In this document: piece after piece, positions 28,888-38,877 of the stretch
Layout of the letters: each line of letters begins with the position of its first letter
Position numbering within the stretch: position 1 is the stretch's first letter
DNA from: an uncultured Gemmatimonadaceae bacterium
Lineage (GTDB): Bacteria > Gemmatimonadota > Gemmatimonadetes > Gemmatimonadales > Gemmatimonadaceae
Reading direction: 5' to 3'
DNA: 64,000 nucleotides
NCBI GenBank assembly: GCA_963817955.1
Contig: CAWFQK010000004.1
Location: 1,120,001 to 1,184,000, forward strand
Notes under the pieces: model-generated
What the model saw: only the letters and a program-made list of their open reading frames with translations
The model's database searches: none
What the model was told of the DNA's origin: nothing
Position numbers and translations under genes: made by a program

Positions 28888-30984
28888 ATGTCCCGCAAAC
28901 TCCTACTCCTGCTCGCTCTCGCTGCTGCTCTTCCCGGCCCTGCCGCATCGCAGGCCACCCCGAAACTCCCCGACCGAGCGGTCCGTCGCGACATCCCTCT
29001 CACCAACATGATCCGGCGTGCCTTCGCTGCCGGCACCCGCGACTCGACCGGACGTCCAGGCCGCAACTACTGGCAGCTCTGGACGGACTACACCATCAAT
29101 GCCCGTTTCGAACCCACGACGTCCACCGTCACGGGCCATGAAACGACTGTCATCCACAACCAGAGCGATTCCGCGATGCGCACGATCGTCATGCGCCTCG
29201 ACCAGAACATCTTCTCGCCGAACGTCCCGCGCGCCGAGCAAGTCACGGAGATCACCGACGGGATGAAGCTCACGAAACTCACCGTCAACGGGGAAGCCGT
29301 CGATCTCAATCCCCCGCCGGCTGGGCGCGGTGGCCGCGGCGCTGCTCCGCCGGCCGTGCGACTGGCGGCCTCGGGCATCAACACGACGTCCGCTCGCATC
29401 ACGCTCCCGAATCCCATTGCGGCCAAGGGCACGGCGACGATCGAGGCCGAATGGAGCTTCCGCGTGCCGCGCGCCGACAACGTCCGCGGCATTCGCATGG
29501 GGCGGTGGGCCGACACGCTGTATGAGGTTGCGCAATGGTATCCGCGCGTCGCGGTGTTCGACGATTTGCGACAGGGTGGGTGGGACACCGATCCGTACCT
29601 GGGCCCATCCGAGTTCTATAACAATTTCGGGCACTTCGATGTGAAGATCGACGTGCCGGCAGGCTGGATCGTCGGCGCCACGGGCGTTCTCCAGAATCCC
29701 CAGGAAGTGCTCTCGGCCACCGCCCGCGAGCGCCTCTCGCACGTACTGGAATCCGATTCCACTCGCACCATCGTCGGGGCGAACGAGCGTGGGCCTGGCG
29801 TCGCCACCGCGGCGGGCGACCGACTCGTCTGGCACTTCGTCGCCGACACCGCCGGCGACGTCGCGTGGGCAACGTCCAACCAATACGTTTGGGATGCTAC
29901 CCGCGCCACGATTCCGGGCAAGGGACCGATCCCGGTGAACATGTTGTACCTCCCGGGACATGCGACGGCATACGCCAACGGCGGGCCCGTCGCGCGACAC
30001 GCCCTCGAGTTCTACTCGAAACTCTGGATGCCGTATGCCTTCCCCGTGCTCACCATGGTTGACGGGCCAGAAGGCGGAATGGAATACCCCATGTTCATCA
30101 TGTCGAGCGTGGGTGCAGCAGACCACGAGACCGGACACGAGTGGTGGCCAATGATGGTCGGCACCAACGAGACCTGGTACGGCTTCATGGATGAGGGATT
30201 CAACCAGTACATGAACAGCCTGTCGCGATTCGACTCGCAGCACCAGCCGGCGAACCTGGATGGCCCGGGTCAGTCGTACGGACGCATGAGCGGCAACGAA
30301 ACGGAAGCGCCGCTCATGTGGGACGCGAACTACGGCGGCCCCAATTACTCGTTCCAGGCGTACTCCAAGGCGCCGATGATGCTCTCCATGCTCGGCGGCG
30401 TGGTGGGTGACAGCGCCGTGTGGCATGCGATGAGCGACTACGCAAAGGCGTGGCGGTTCAAGCATCCGTCGCCGTGGGACTATGCCTTCTTCATGAGCAA
30501 CGCGCTCAAGGACAAGCAGAAGGAACTTGGCTGGTTCTGGTACTACTGGCTCTTCACCACCGAGTCCGTGGACGGTTCGATCACCGGTATGAAGACTGCC
30601 GGCAACACAACCACCGTCACCGTTCGGCAAGACGGCCAGATGCCCTCGCCTGTGGTGCTCAAGGTGCAGTTCGCCCCGAAAGGTCCGGCGATCAAGCCAA
30701 TGCGCAACAGCAAAATGATCGACAGCGCGACGGCGATCGTCACATGGCCCGTGGACGTCTGGTTCGGCGGGAGCAAGACGTTCAAGGCCGACCTCACCTT
30801 CGGCGCGCGGAAGATCGTGCGCGTGAAGCTCGACCCGGGCTGTCGCTTTCCCGACCGTGACACGGCCGACAACGCATGGCCTCGCGATACCGCAACAGTG
30901 ACTCTCGCGGGCGGCCGCGGCGCTGGTGGCGGCGGTGGCGGCGGTGGCGGCGGCGGTCGTGGTGGACCGGCGTGCACGCCTTGA
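28888..30984 (+). CDS. Secreted M1 family metallo-aminopeptidase
   Basis: GGMEYP, HETGHEW, FMDEG; signal peptide MSRKLLLL. Confidence 0.92.
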   Translation: MSRKLLLLLALAAALPGPAASQATPKLPDRAVRRDIPLTNMIRRAFAAGTRDSTGRPGRNYWQLWTDYTINARFEPTTSTVTGHETTVIHNQSDSAMRTIVMRLDQNIFSPNVPRAEQVTEITDGMKLTKLTVNGEAVDLNPPPAGRGGRGAAPPAVRLAASGINTTSARITLPNPIAAKGTATIEAEWSFRVPRADNVRGIRMGRWADTLYEVAQWYPRVAVFDDLRQGGWDTDPYLGPSEFYNNFGHFDVKIDVPAGWIVGATGVLQNPQEVLSATARERLSHVLESDSTRTIVGANERGPGVATAAGDRLVWHFVADTAGDVAWATSNQYVWDATRATIPGKGPIPVNMLYLPGHATAYANGGPVARHALEFYSKLWMPYAFPVLTMVDGPEGGMEYPMFIMSSVGAADHETGHEWWPMMVGTNETWYGFMDEGFNQYMNSLSRFDSQHQPANLDGPGQSYGRMSGNETEAPLMWDANYGGPNYSFQAYSKAPMMLSMLGGVVGDSAVWHAMSDYAKAWRFKHPSPWDYAFFMSNALKDKQKELGWFWYYWLFTTESVDGSITGMKTAGNTTTVTVRQDGQMPSPVVLKVQFAPKGPAIKPMRNSKMIDSATAIVTWPVDVWFGGSKTFKADLTFGARKIVRVKLDPGCRFPDRDTADNAWPRDTATVTLAGGRGAGGGGGGGGGGGRGGPACTP

Positions 30985-30991
30985 TGTGACG

Positions 30992-31042
30992 CACTGCTTC
31001 AGTGGGGTGGCGAATCGGATTCGCCACCCCACTGAAGCAGTG
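30992..31042. terminator. Perfect 25-bp-arm palindrome between convergent genes
   Basis: CACTGCTTCAGTGGGGTGGCGAATC-G-GATTCGCCACCCCACTGAAGCAGTG. Confidence 0.7.
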
Positions 31043-32401
31043 TTACTTGTTGTACTCGTCGTGCTGGCGCACGCCCGTGTGCAGCGCCGCCGCGCCGCCG
31101 TCGAGTCGGTACAGGACACCGACTTCCGCGTCGCTCATCGCGCGATCGTACAGGCTCAGGTCATCCCAGAGCCCGACGAAGTTCACGCCCAACCGGATGG
31201 TCGCTTTCGACACATCCCATGTAAACGGCTCGCGAATTCCCGTTGCTGTGCCCATCAACTGCCCGTTCAGGTAGAGCTTCGCCGTGCCGCCCGCCTGGCC
31301 GTTCAACCCCGCGAACGTGATGGCGACGTGCGTCCACTGGCCGTGCGTGAACGGCGGCCGTGACACGACCACCGTGCGTTCGTTGAAGAATGCATTCTTC
31401 TCCGGCGAAAGATTACCCGGATTCCATGTCGCGAGGTCACCGAATACGCCAAGTCCGAGCTGGCGATAGGACGGAGCCGAGTAGATGGACCGATTGCCGC
31501 GGGCGAAGTCGGCATCGGGACCATGGTCGAACGACGCGTGACAGGTGAGCGCCGTGCTGAGCGCTTTGACCGCATCAGGCGCTTCGGTCGCTGCCGGCGG
31601 GGTCGGTGCCCAATGAGGCGCCGTACTCCATGTCGCGGCGTCGAACAGCGCTGGCGACAGATCCACATTCGCGCGCCAATTCTGATATTCCTCGAGCTGC
31701 GTCAGCTTTCCGTTGACAAAGAACTCGCATCGTGTGGCGAGCCATCCGCCGGCCACCGACACGAGACTGTCGAGCCGAATGTCCATCAGGGGAGCCGAGG
31801 GCACGGGCTTGAAGATCGCGCGCACAACTGCTTTCGTGGCGGTGTCAGTCCAGATTTGCGGTGACGTAGTGTCAGCCACCGACGAGGCGCCGGCGATCCA
31901 CACTGGGCGATCATGCCAGCGTCCGTTCAGCACGGCACGCGACAAGTCCACGCCGGTAGGTTTGAGCTCGGCGACGGTGCGCGCAACCGGCTGCACGTAC
32001 ACCCCCTCGATGAGTGGGAGCAATGCGTTGCCTCCGCTGCGCGCCGCGACCTGCTTGCCGGCACGGAAGCTCCAGAGCGAGTCACCGGTGTAGAGTACGC
32101 CATTGCCGGCCGACGGCTCGCCGGTGTCGATGCGGAGCTGCGTGCCTCGGCCATCGGTGTAGCGAAGACTCTCATACCAGGTTGCCACGGATTCCTTCCC
32201 GTCCGCGGCGCGCGTGGTAGTCTGTTGGGTGAACGTGAGCGACGTGAACCAGCGGCCTGCGTACGCGGCGTGCATCGCCTCGAGCAGCTCGCGCCCGGTC
32301 AACGGCGTCGTCTGAGCGCGTACCGCGGACGCCGTGAGTGTAAGGAGCGCCACAGCGGCTCGTAGCAGGCGTCGCGGGATACGGATCCAGTGAGGCGTCA
32401 T
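31043..32401 (-). CDS. Secreted protein: LolA-like N-terminal domain fused to LamG/concanavalin-like C-terminal domain
   Basis: AMHAAYAGRWFTSLTFTQ..WYESL..LRID; WTHVAITF..KLYLNG..DDLSLYDRAMSDAEV. Confidence 0.68.
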   Translation of the reverse strand: MTPHWIRIPRRLLRAAVALLTLTASAVRAQTTPLTGRELLEAMHAAYAGRWFTSLTFTQQTTTRAADGKESVATWYESLRYTDGRGTQLRIDTGEPSAGNGVLYTGDSLWSFRAGKQVAARSGGNALLPLIEGVYVQPVARTVAELKPTGVDLSRAVLNGRWHDRPVWIAGASSVADTTSPQIWTDTATKAVVRAIFKPVPSAPLMDIRLDSLVSVAGGWLATRCEFFVNGKLTQLEEYQNWRANVDLSPALFDAATWSTAPHWAPTPPAATEAPDAVKALSTALTCHASFDHGPDADFARGNRSIYSAPSYRQLGLGVFGDLATWNPGNLSPEKNAFFNERTVVVSRPPFTHGQWTHVAITFAGLNGQAGGTAKLYLNGQLMGTATGIREPFTWDVSKATIRLGVNFVGLWDDLSLYDRAMSDAEVGVLYRLDGGAAALHTGVRQHDEYNK

Positions 32402-32790
32402 CAGATGATCTTGGTGAGAAGTTTTGCTTGTACTCGTCTGCCGCGTCCTGCGCGACGATCCAGCCAGGCTCGCAGATGTCGCTGCCGCCAACACAACCGC
32501 GAACACCGCCTCGGTTGGTTCTCAGGGCGGCAGGACAGCGCCTCTGGCTGCCGATTCGGCCGATACCGGAGTCGATCAGGCGGGCCACGGACACGTGTTT
32601 CCGGGCACTTTCTCCGTTTCGGCGTCTTACTGCGACGTTCAGCGACGTAGCAGGCCCGATCAGTCGAGGCACAGGCACATCCACATCGCCCACAGGCGTG
32701 AACAGCGAGCCCACGGGCGCCGCAGGCACCACCATCACTGCCAAATCGGCGGCTACCGCCGGAATCAGCCCCCGCCTCTGTCCCCCGCCA

Positions 32791-33375
32791 TCAATAGATA
32801 AAGGGAATCAACCGCTTCCGCGTGCTCATGAACTGTCGGTATGGCTCGCCTATCACCGCCAGGAGCGTACGCTCCTCGACGGCAATCCGATACAAGTAGA
32901 CTGCCGTGGATGCGGCCAGGAGCACCAGAGCCGACGCCCAATTCCCCAACGCAATCCCGACGCCTGCAGTGAGTATGATGCCGGCGGTGTACGACGGATG
33001 GCGCACGATCCGATAAGCGCCACGATTGACAACCTGCTGGTCTGCATGGGCCCGGACGTCCCCGGTGAAGGACGAACCGAGCATCCTCCAGCAGTGCCGG
33101 CGAAGTAGGCTCCCCGCCACGAGGGTGGCGACGCCGGCAAAGAACGCGACTGTCCGAAGCGCCGGTGCGAATTGCAGAGCTCTAATCCCCGCGATCGAAA
33201 ACGCAGCAAAGAACGCGGCGCCTTGGCCGAGCATGATGACCTGAAGCGACTTGGAGTCAGACGCGCCTTGGGTGCGCCGTGCGCGCTGCGCGATGGCGAA
33301 TTCAGGCCGGTATGCCCAGAGAAAAGCGGCCCAGAACAGCAATGCGTAAGGCCAAACGAAAGGCAGCGGCTTCAT
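32791..33375 (-). CDS. Isoprenylcysteine carboxyl methyltransferase family protein
   Basis: GAYRIVRHPSYTA, RIAVEERTL, KRLIPFIY; GGAGG RBS. Confidence 0.9.
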   Translation of the reverse strand: MKPLPFVWPYALLFWAAFLWAYRPEFAIAQRARRTQGASDSKSLQVIMLGQGAAFFAAFSIAGIRALQFAPALRTVAFFAGVATLVAGSLLRRHCWRMLGSSFTGDVRAHADQQVVNRGAYRIVRHPSYTAGIILTAGVGIALGNWASALVLLAASTAVYLYRIAVEERTLLAVIGEPYRQFMSTRKRLIPFIY

Positions 33376-33483
33376 GAACTCCTCCATCACAGGGCCGTTC
33401 CCCAATATGAGTGCAGCAACGGCGGCGAGCAATGCCGCGAGTCATGCATGACCGCTAGGTCTCTCGTAGCTGCGCGACTCCGA

Positions 33484-33553
33484 GGGTCACGACGGCGTCA
33501 GCCAGGAGATCCGCAGGATGACAGGCATCGTGTGTCCCGTGTCTCGTGTCTCG
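33484..33553 (+). repeat. Degenerate REP end (CAGGATGACAGGC) plus GTGTCTC heptamers
   Basis: Shares GGTCACGA, ACGGCGTC and CAGGATGACAGGC with 270-335. Confidence 0.55.
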
Positions 33554-33636
33554 CATCGCGTGGCAGCTTACCGCCAACTGTTCCCCGTCATACCTTCCCA
33601 CTATCCCGTTCGGGTCCGCGATAGCCGGAAGACACC

Positions 33637-33888
33637 ATGAAAAAAGAAGAAGCGGTGGAAGCAGTCGAACGTGCCGGTCACACGATCAACGACTTGAATG
33701 CCCGGGCCTGGGCGACGGCGTTCAATCCGACGGAGTACGGCTGGGGATCGAGCCTCCTGAGCATCGTCGCCATTCCGGTCATGAATGCCGCCACGATCGG
33801 CCATCTCGTGACGTCGGTTGTCGTCAAACAGGTGTCGCCGAACGTGTTCGACAGCTTGTCGAATCTCGGGGGAAAGAAAGAGCCGTAG
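33637..33888 (+). CDS. Small hypothetical protein (83 aa)
   Basis: ATG with purine-rich leader, GC3-rich codons. Confidence 0.5.
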   Translation: MKKEEAVEAVERAGHTINDLNARAWATAFNPTEYGWGSSLLSIVAIPVMNAATIGHLVTSVVVKQVSPNVFDSLSNLGGKKEP

Positions 33889-34134
33889 GACGCGCGGCGC
33901 TCCTCGGCGTGCCTTCCCAGGTGACGAGGCCCCGCTCGCCGTCGTCCATCCCCCGCACCTGAGCCTGTGATTCGCTGACGCGTGTGTCGCGCCAATCCCC
34001 ACACGCTCTCATCCGCGTCAGGCGATCGCCAGCCCGTCGTGTCGGGCAATACCGGCTCATGTTGTCACGATCACCCGACGCGAGAGTAGGCGCTGCGACG
34101 TTGTATTGCAGCGTCCCGTTGTGGTGGGTTCATC

Positions 34135-34686
34135 GTGACGCAGCCAGTCGGAGGCGCTCGATCCCTCGTGAAACGTACGACGCACTTCGTCCGGTTGTTC
34201 GGCCTCATGGCAATCGTGGCAGGCGGCTTTCTACGCGTGCGAGCCATGGCTGTGCCAAAGGACTTCGGCACCCTCGGCCACTTCAGGGCCAGCGCCATAC
34301 CAGAAGCTGCCGCCCGCGAGCCGCGGCACCTCGGCAGCCAGGATTGCGCCGATTGCCACGACAAGGTCTACGCGGCCTGGTCCGCGGGTAAACATTCCCG
34401 GTCGCCCTGTGAAAACTGTCACGGGCCTGGACTGCTGCATGTCAAGACGGTGAGCGAGGACTCGACCGCCGCGTATACGGATCCGATCAAACGGAACCCG
34501 TTGGCGCTGCGTCCCACGACTGGCATTCAAGAATGCAAATGGTGCCATCTCGCCACCTTTGAACGTCCGACCACGCTCAAATCCATCGCTTCGGTGCAAG
34601 AGCACATCACGCAGACGGGAGGCACCTTCACGCCCGCCTCCAAGTGCACCGACTGCCATGATCCTCACACGACGGTGGTGAAGTGA
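34135..34686 (+). CDS. Membrane-anchored tetraheme c-type cytochrome
   Basis: Four CxxCH motifs (CADCH, CENCH, CKWCH, CTDCH); N-terminal TM helix. Confidence 0.88.
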   Translation: MTQPVGGARSLVKRTTHFVRLFGLMAIVAGGFLRVRAMAVPKDFGTLGHFRASAIPEAAAREPRHLGSQDCADCHDKVYAAWSAGKHSRSPCENCHGPGLLHVKTVSEDSTAAYTDPIKRNPLALRPTTGIQECKWCHLATFERPTTLKSIASVQEHITQTGGTFTPASKCTDCHDPHTTVVK

Positions 34687-35510
34687 ACGCTGCGTCCAAT
34701 CCGTGGGGCAAGTCGGCAATCAGCCGCCGAGAGTTCTTCGAGAAATGCGCCGAGGCGGGGGCGCGCACATTCGTGTTCGGCGCGATCGTGTGCACCACGG
34801 CTAATCTGTTGTTGCCGTCAGATGCCGAAGCCCGCCCCTCCGGCGGCCAGGAGCCCGACGGCAAGGACGTCATCTACGGATTCCTGATCGACACCACCAA
34901 GTGCATTGGCTGCGGGTCGTGTGTCAGGGCGTGCAAGGCGGAAAACAACGTTCCCGACGGCTACTTCAGAACCTGGGTGGAGCAGTACGCGTTCTACGAG
35001 AACGGAGAGGTCACCGTGAACTCCGCCGACGGCGGCATGAACGGGTTCGCGGAGGCATTCAAGCAGGACCGGCCGGAACACTCGGACAAGCCGCCCGTGC
35101 GCGGTTTCTTCGTTCCAAAGCTCTGCAACCACTGCATCAACACGCCCTGCATCCAGGTGTGTCCCGTTGGGGCATCGTACCGGACGAAAGAAGGCGTGGT
35201 GCTCATCGATCCGCAAACGTGCGTCGGCTGCGGCTACTGCGTCCAGGCATGCCCTTTCGGCTCGCGCTTCCTGAACCCGGTGACGCACGTCGCCGACAAG
35301 TGTACGTGGTGCTACCACCGCATCACGAAAGGTCTGAAGCCCGCGTGCGTCGAGTCGTGCCCCGCCAAAGCCAGGATCTTCGGGAACGTCAGCGATCCGG
35401 CCAGCGAGATCAGTCAGCTGCTGGCAACGAACCGCGTGCAGGTGCTGAAGTCGTATCTCGGCACCAACCCGCGAACGCGCTACATCGGACTGGATTCCGA
35501 GGTGATCTAG
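34683..35510 (+). CDS. NrfC/PsrB-like 4Fe-4S ferredoxin subunit with Tat signal
   Basis: SRREFF; CIGCGSCVRAC, CNHCINTPCIQVCP, CVGCGYCVQACP, CTWC..CVESCP. Confidence 0.92.
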   Translation: MNAASNPWGKSAISRREFFEKCAEAGARTFVFGAIVCTTANLLLPSDAEARPSGGQEPDGKDVIYGFLIDTTKCIGCGSCVRACKAENNVPDGYFRTWVEQYAFYENGEVTVNSADGGMNGFAEAFKQDRPEHSDKPPVRGFFVPKLCNHCINTPCIQVCPVGASYRTKEGVVLIDPQTCVGCGYCVQACPFGSRFLNPVTHVADKCTWCYHRITKGLKPACVESCPAKARIFGNVSDPASEISQLLATNRVQVLKSYLGTNPRTRYIGLDSEVI

Positions 35511-35512
35511 CC

Positions 35513-36751
35513 GTGCATCACTACATCATCGAAGGCTACGTCCTTCCGAATCAGACGCACATCTACTGGACGATCATGATCGTCCTCTATCCCTACATCA
35601 CGGGTATCGTCGCCGGCGCATTCATCATCTCCTCCCTCTACCATGTGTTCCACAAGGAGGTGCTGAAGCCGGTCGCCCGGTTCGCCATGCTGATGGCGTT
35701 GGCGTTCCTGTTGTTCGCGCCCATGCCGTTACTGAACCACCTCGGGCACCCGGAACGCGCCTTCAACATCATGTTCACGCCGAACGTCACGTCGGCGATG
35801 GCCGGCTTCGGCTTCATCTATACGACGTATCTGATCATTCTCGTCGTCGAGATCTGGCTCCTCTATCGCTCCGACATCGTGTTGCTCGCCGCGAATGCGC
35901 GATCGCCATGGATGCGGCGGCTCTACTGGGTCCTTGCCCTTGGCGTGCTGGAAATCTCTGACGAGGCCAAGGCGCTCGACCGCAAAGTCATGCTGTTCCT
36001 CGCGGCGATCGGCATTCCGGCCGCGTGCTGCCTGCACGGCTACGTCGGCTTTCTCTTTGGGGCGATCAAAGCCAATCCCTGGTGGGCCAGCCCGCTCATG
36101 CCGGTCGTCTTCCTGATGAGCGCGATCGTCTCCGGTATCGCGATGGTCTTGCTCTGCTACCTGATCGTGCAGTGGGTGATGAAGCGGCCGGTCGACTCGG
36201 CGTGCACCCAGGCGCTCATGCAGTACGCGTGGGGGTTCCTGATGGTCGACGTCGCACTCGAGCTCCTCGAGTTGGTCAACCATGCGTACATGGCCAACGA
36301 CGACTGGAACATTCTGCACGCCCTGCTCAGTGAGAAACTGTTCGTGAGCATGTTCATCATCCAGTTCCTGATCGGCTCCGGGCTTCCGCTCGTGATCCTG
36401 GGACTGGCGGTCGTCTACAAGGACGCGATCGGCGATCGGATGCGCAACGCGATGGGATTCGCCGCGGGCATCCTCCTGCTGGTCCAGGTGCTCGCCATGC
36501 GATGGAACGTCGTCATTGGCGGGCAGATGTTCTCGAAGAGCCTTCGAGGATTCCTCAACTTCGACGTCGATCTCTATGGACGCGAAGGGCTGTTCGCCGC
36601 CGTCGTCCTGTTCTCACTCCCGTTCCTCGCGATGCTGCTGTTCTCGAGGATCCTGCCACTCTGGGGCCCGGTGTCGAGCGCGCCCGCGCGGTGGCTGAAA
36701 GAGATGCCGACGGAGCATCTCTCGTTGCGACATCATTCGGGATTCAAGTGA
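35513..36751 (+). CDS. NrfD/PsrC family membrane quinol-interacting subunit (GTG start)
   Basis: WTIMIVLYPYITG, HLGHPERA, HGYVGFLF, RWNVVIGGQ. Confidence 0.9.
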   Translation: MHHYIIEGYVLPNQTHIYWTIMIVLYPYITGIVAGAFIISSLYHVFHKEVLKPVARFAMLMALAFLLFAPMPLLNHLGHPERAFNIMFTPNVTSAMAGFGFIYTTYLIILVVEIWLLYRSDIVLLAANARSPWMRRLYWVLALGVLEISDEAKALDRKVMLFLAAIGIPAACCLHGYVGFLFGAIKANPWWASPLMPVVFLMSAIVSGIAMVLLCYLIVQWVMKRPVDSACTQALMQYAWGFLMVDVALELLELVNHAYMANDDWNILHALLSEKLFVSMFIIQFLIGSGLPLVILGLAVVYKDAIGDRMRNAMGFAAGILLLVQVLAMRWNVVIGGQMFSKSLRGFLNFDVDLYGREGLFAAVVLFSLPFLAMLLFSRILPLWGPVSSAPARWLKEMPTEHLSLRHHSGFK

Positions 36752-36783
36752 TGTTGCGTGTCTTGCGCTGAGGAGGCGTTCGT

Positions 36784-37596
36784 ATGAGTAACCAATCCAT
36801 GACGTGGTTCGCCGCCGCGATCGTTGCGGCGATACTGATCAAGCTGGCGTGGCGGCTGGTGCAGCAGTACCAGGGAGGCGTGGTCCTGCGCCTGGGGCGG
36901 CTGAAGAGCGTTCGGCCCCCGGGCTTGAACCTGATCGTTCCCCTCATCGATCGCATGTATCTGATCGATACGCGGACGGTCACGCTCACGGTCGAGCCGC
37001 AGGAGGTCATCACCCGTGACAATGTCACCATCAAGGTCGACGCCGTCGTGTACTTCGCGGTCATCGATCCAGCGAAGGCGCTGCTGCAGGTGGTCGATTA
37101 CATGAAGGCAACGTCGCAGATCGCCCTCACGACGCTGCGCAGCGTGCTCGGCCAGTCGGAACTCGACGAGCTACTGGCGCATCGAGAGAAGATCAATGAC
37201 ACGTTGCGTCAGATCATCGACGGACACACCGAGCCGTGGGGAGTGAAAGTATCGGTGGTCGAGGTGAAGGACGTGCTGCTCCCGGAAGGGATGCAACGGT
37301 CGATGGCCGCGCAGGCCGAGGCCGAGCGCGAGAAACGGGCGAAGATCATTCGTGCAGACGGCGAGTTCATGGCCGCGGCAACGTTGGGCAAGGCCGCCCG
37401 CATCATGCGCGAAGAGCCGCCCGCACTCCAACTCCGCTATCTCCAGACGCTGGTGGAAATCGCCGGCGAAGGGAACAGCACGATCATTCCGCTCTCCATG
37501 GACATGTTCCAAGGGTTGAATGGCGTGCGGGCGAAGCTGATGCACGAGCACGAACACGAAGAAGACGAGTTGGCTTTTCCAGCCGGCATTCGGTAA
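36784..37596 (+). CDS. SPFH/band 7 (slipin) family protein
   Basis: QEVITRDNV, TTLRSVLG, AEAEREKRAK, LQLRYLQTL. Confidence 0.93.
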   Translation: MSNQSMTWFAAAIVAAILIKLAWRLVQQYQGGVVLRLGRLKSVRPPGLNLIVPLIDRMYLIDTRTVTLTVEPQEVITRDNVTIKVDAVVYFAVIDPAKALLQVVDYMKATSQIALTTLRSVLGQSELDELLAHREKINDTLRQIIDGHTEPWGVKVSVVEVKDVLLPEGMQRSMAAQAEAEREKRAKIIRADGEFMAAATLGKAARIMREEPPALQLRYLQTLVEIAGEGNSTIIPLSMDMFQGLNGVRAKLMHEHEHEEDELAFPAGIR

Positions 37597-37641
37597 GGCG
37601 CCACATCACGACATCACGCGATCTCGACAAGGACACCCATC

Positions 37642-37956
37642 ATGAAGACAACGACCCTGCTACTGGCAACCCCGATCCTGCTCGCATTCACCCAAACGCC
37701 GTCCGGCCAGGCTTCGTACGAAGCCAACTGCCGCAAGTGCCACGGAGCGCGTGGGGTAGCGCCCAAGGTGATGGTGACGAAGTTTCCGAAGATCACCACG
37801 TTCGACGCGGTCTTCTTCGCCAAGCGCACGGATGATTCCGTGATAGCAATTATGACGAAGGGGGGAGCGACCGCGGACATGAAGTCCTTCAAGGACAAGA
37901 TGTCGCGCGACCAGATGAAGGAAGTGGCGACCTACATCAGATCGTTCGCCAAGTAG
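37642..37956 (+). CDS. Monoheme class I cytochrome c
   Basis: Signal peptide, CRKCH, distal Met in DMKSF. Confidence 0.88.
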   Translation: MKTTTLLLATPILLAFTQTPSGQASYEANCRKCHGARGVAPKVMVTKFPKITTFDAVFFAKRTDDSVIAIMTKGGATADMKSFKDKMSRDQMKEVATYIRSFAK

Positions 37957-38023
37957 CGTCCCGGTCGAAACCCGGATGTCCAACGCGCGGGCCGGGATGA
38001 CGGCACCGGTCGGCGCACTACGG

Positions 38024-38060
38024 AAAATGACGGCACGTGGGATCTACGTGCCGTCATTTT
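38024..38060. terminator. Bidirectional intrinsic terminator
   Basis: AAAATGACGGCACGTGG-GAT-CTACGTGCCGTCATTTT between convergent genes. Confidence 0.8.
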
Positions 38061-38067
38061 GCAATCC

Positions 38068-38817
38068 CTACTTCTTCAAGACCTTCCCGTCCTCGACCAG
38101 GACCGCATACGCGTAGCCCGAGCCGAAATCTTTGTTCGTGCGAACGATGCCCTTGGCGGTGATGATGTCGCCCTTCGTCGCGCCATCCATCGAGGTCACG
38201 AGGATATCGTTGGTCCCGTCCTTGGCGTCGCCGCTGCCGTCCTGTAGATGGATCCAGTTCTTGCCCATGACGGCTTCGTTGAACTTCACGACCGTACCGC
38301 GGATGGTGACAGACTTTCCAGCGAGGCTCGCCTTCTGGGCCCAAACCTCGCCTACCGTGCGGGCGTCAGCGCCAGTGGCCTTTTCCACCTTGCCCACGAC
38401 GACCGGCGCGGAGGACCCACCCGCGGCAGCATGCGCACCGGCGGCGCCGGTCGCGGCAGTATCCACCGGGGTCAACGTTCCAAAGTAGATCTCGGGGAAC
38501 GTGCGCTTCAGCGACTTGGATTCGAAGTTGGCCATCATCAAGGGGTCGTGAACCGTCACGGTGGTCCCATTCTCGACCTTGGCGGCAGACACCGCGGCCC
38601 AGACTTCGCCCGCGCTCGTCTTGATACGCATGTACGTGTAGCCGGCGGCATCCATGTGCTCCAGAACCGAACCGGTGAGCGGAGTTCCCGTCGCCGCGGC
38701 CGCAGCGGCTGGAGCAGCCGACGCCTGGCCGAGCGGGGTCTTGGCCGCGTCAGAGGACTTGGTCTGGCAGCCAACGACCGCCGTCGCGAGGAAGAGGGAG
38801 GAAAGGGCGCGACGCAT
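38068..38817 (-). CDS. NrfJ-like lipoprotein with OB-fold domains
   Basis: VVGC lipobox; VLEHMDAAGYTYM, MANFESKSLKRTF..IYFG, MGKNWIHLQDGSG, KDFGSGY. Confidence 0.72.
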   Translation of the reverse strand: MRRALSSLFLATAVVGCQTKSSDAAKTPLGQASAAPAAAAAATGTPLTGSVLEHMDAAGYTYMRIKTSAGEVWAAVSAAKVENGTTVTVHDPLMMANFESKSLKRTFPEIYFGTLTPVDTAATGAAGAHAAAGGSSAPVVVGKVEKATGADARTVGEVWAQKASLAGKSVTIRGTVVKFNEAVMGKNWIHLQDGSGDAKDGTNDILVTSMDGATKGDIITAKGIVRTNKDFGSGYAYAVLVEDGKVLKK

Positions 38818-38877
38818 AAAGGGGAGGCTCCTGGAAGGGACTGGGGGAAGGGACTCGAGAAATATATATGAGGGTTT

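Noticed and set aside
28903..31119. 738-aa antisense ORF and similar long shadow ORFs (2468-3661, 24922-26514, 41572-42957, 56628-57866)
   Set aside because: Antisense shadows of well-supported high-GC genes
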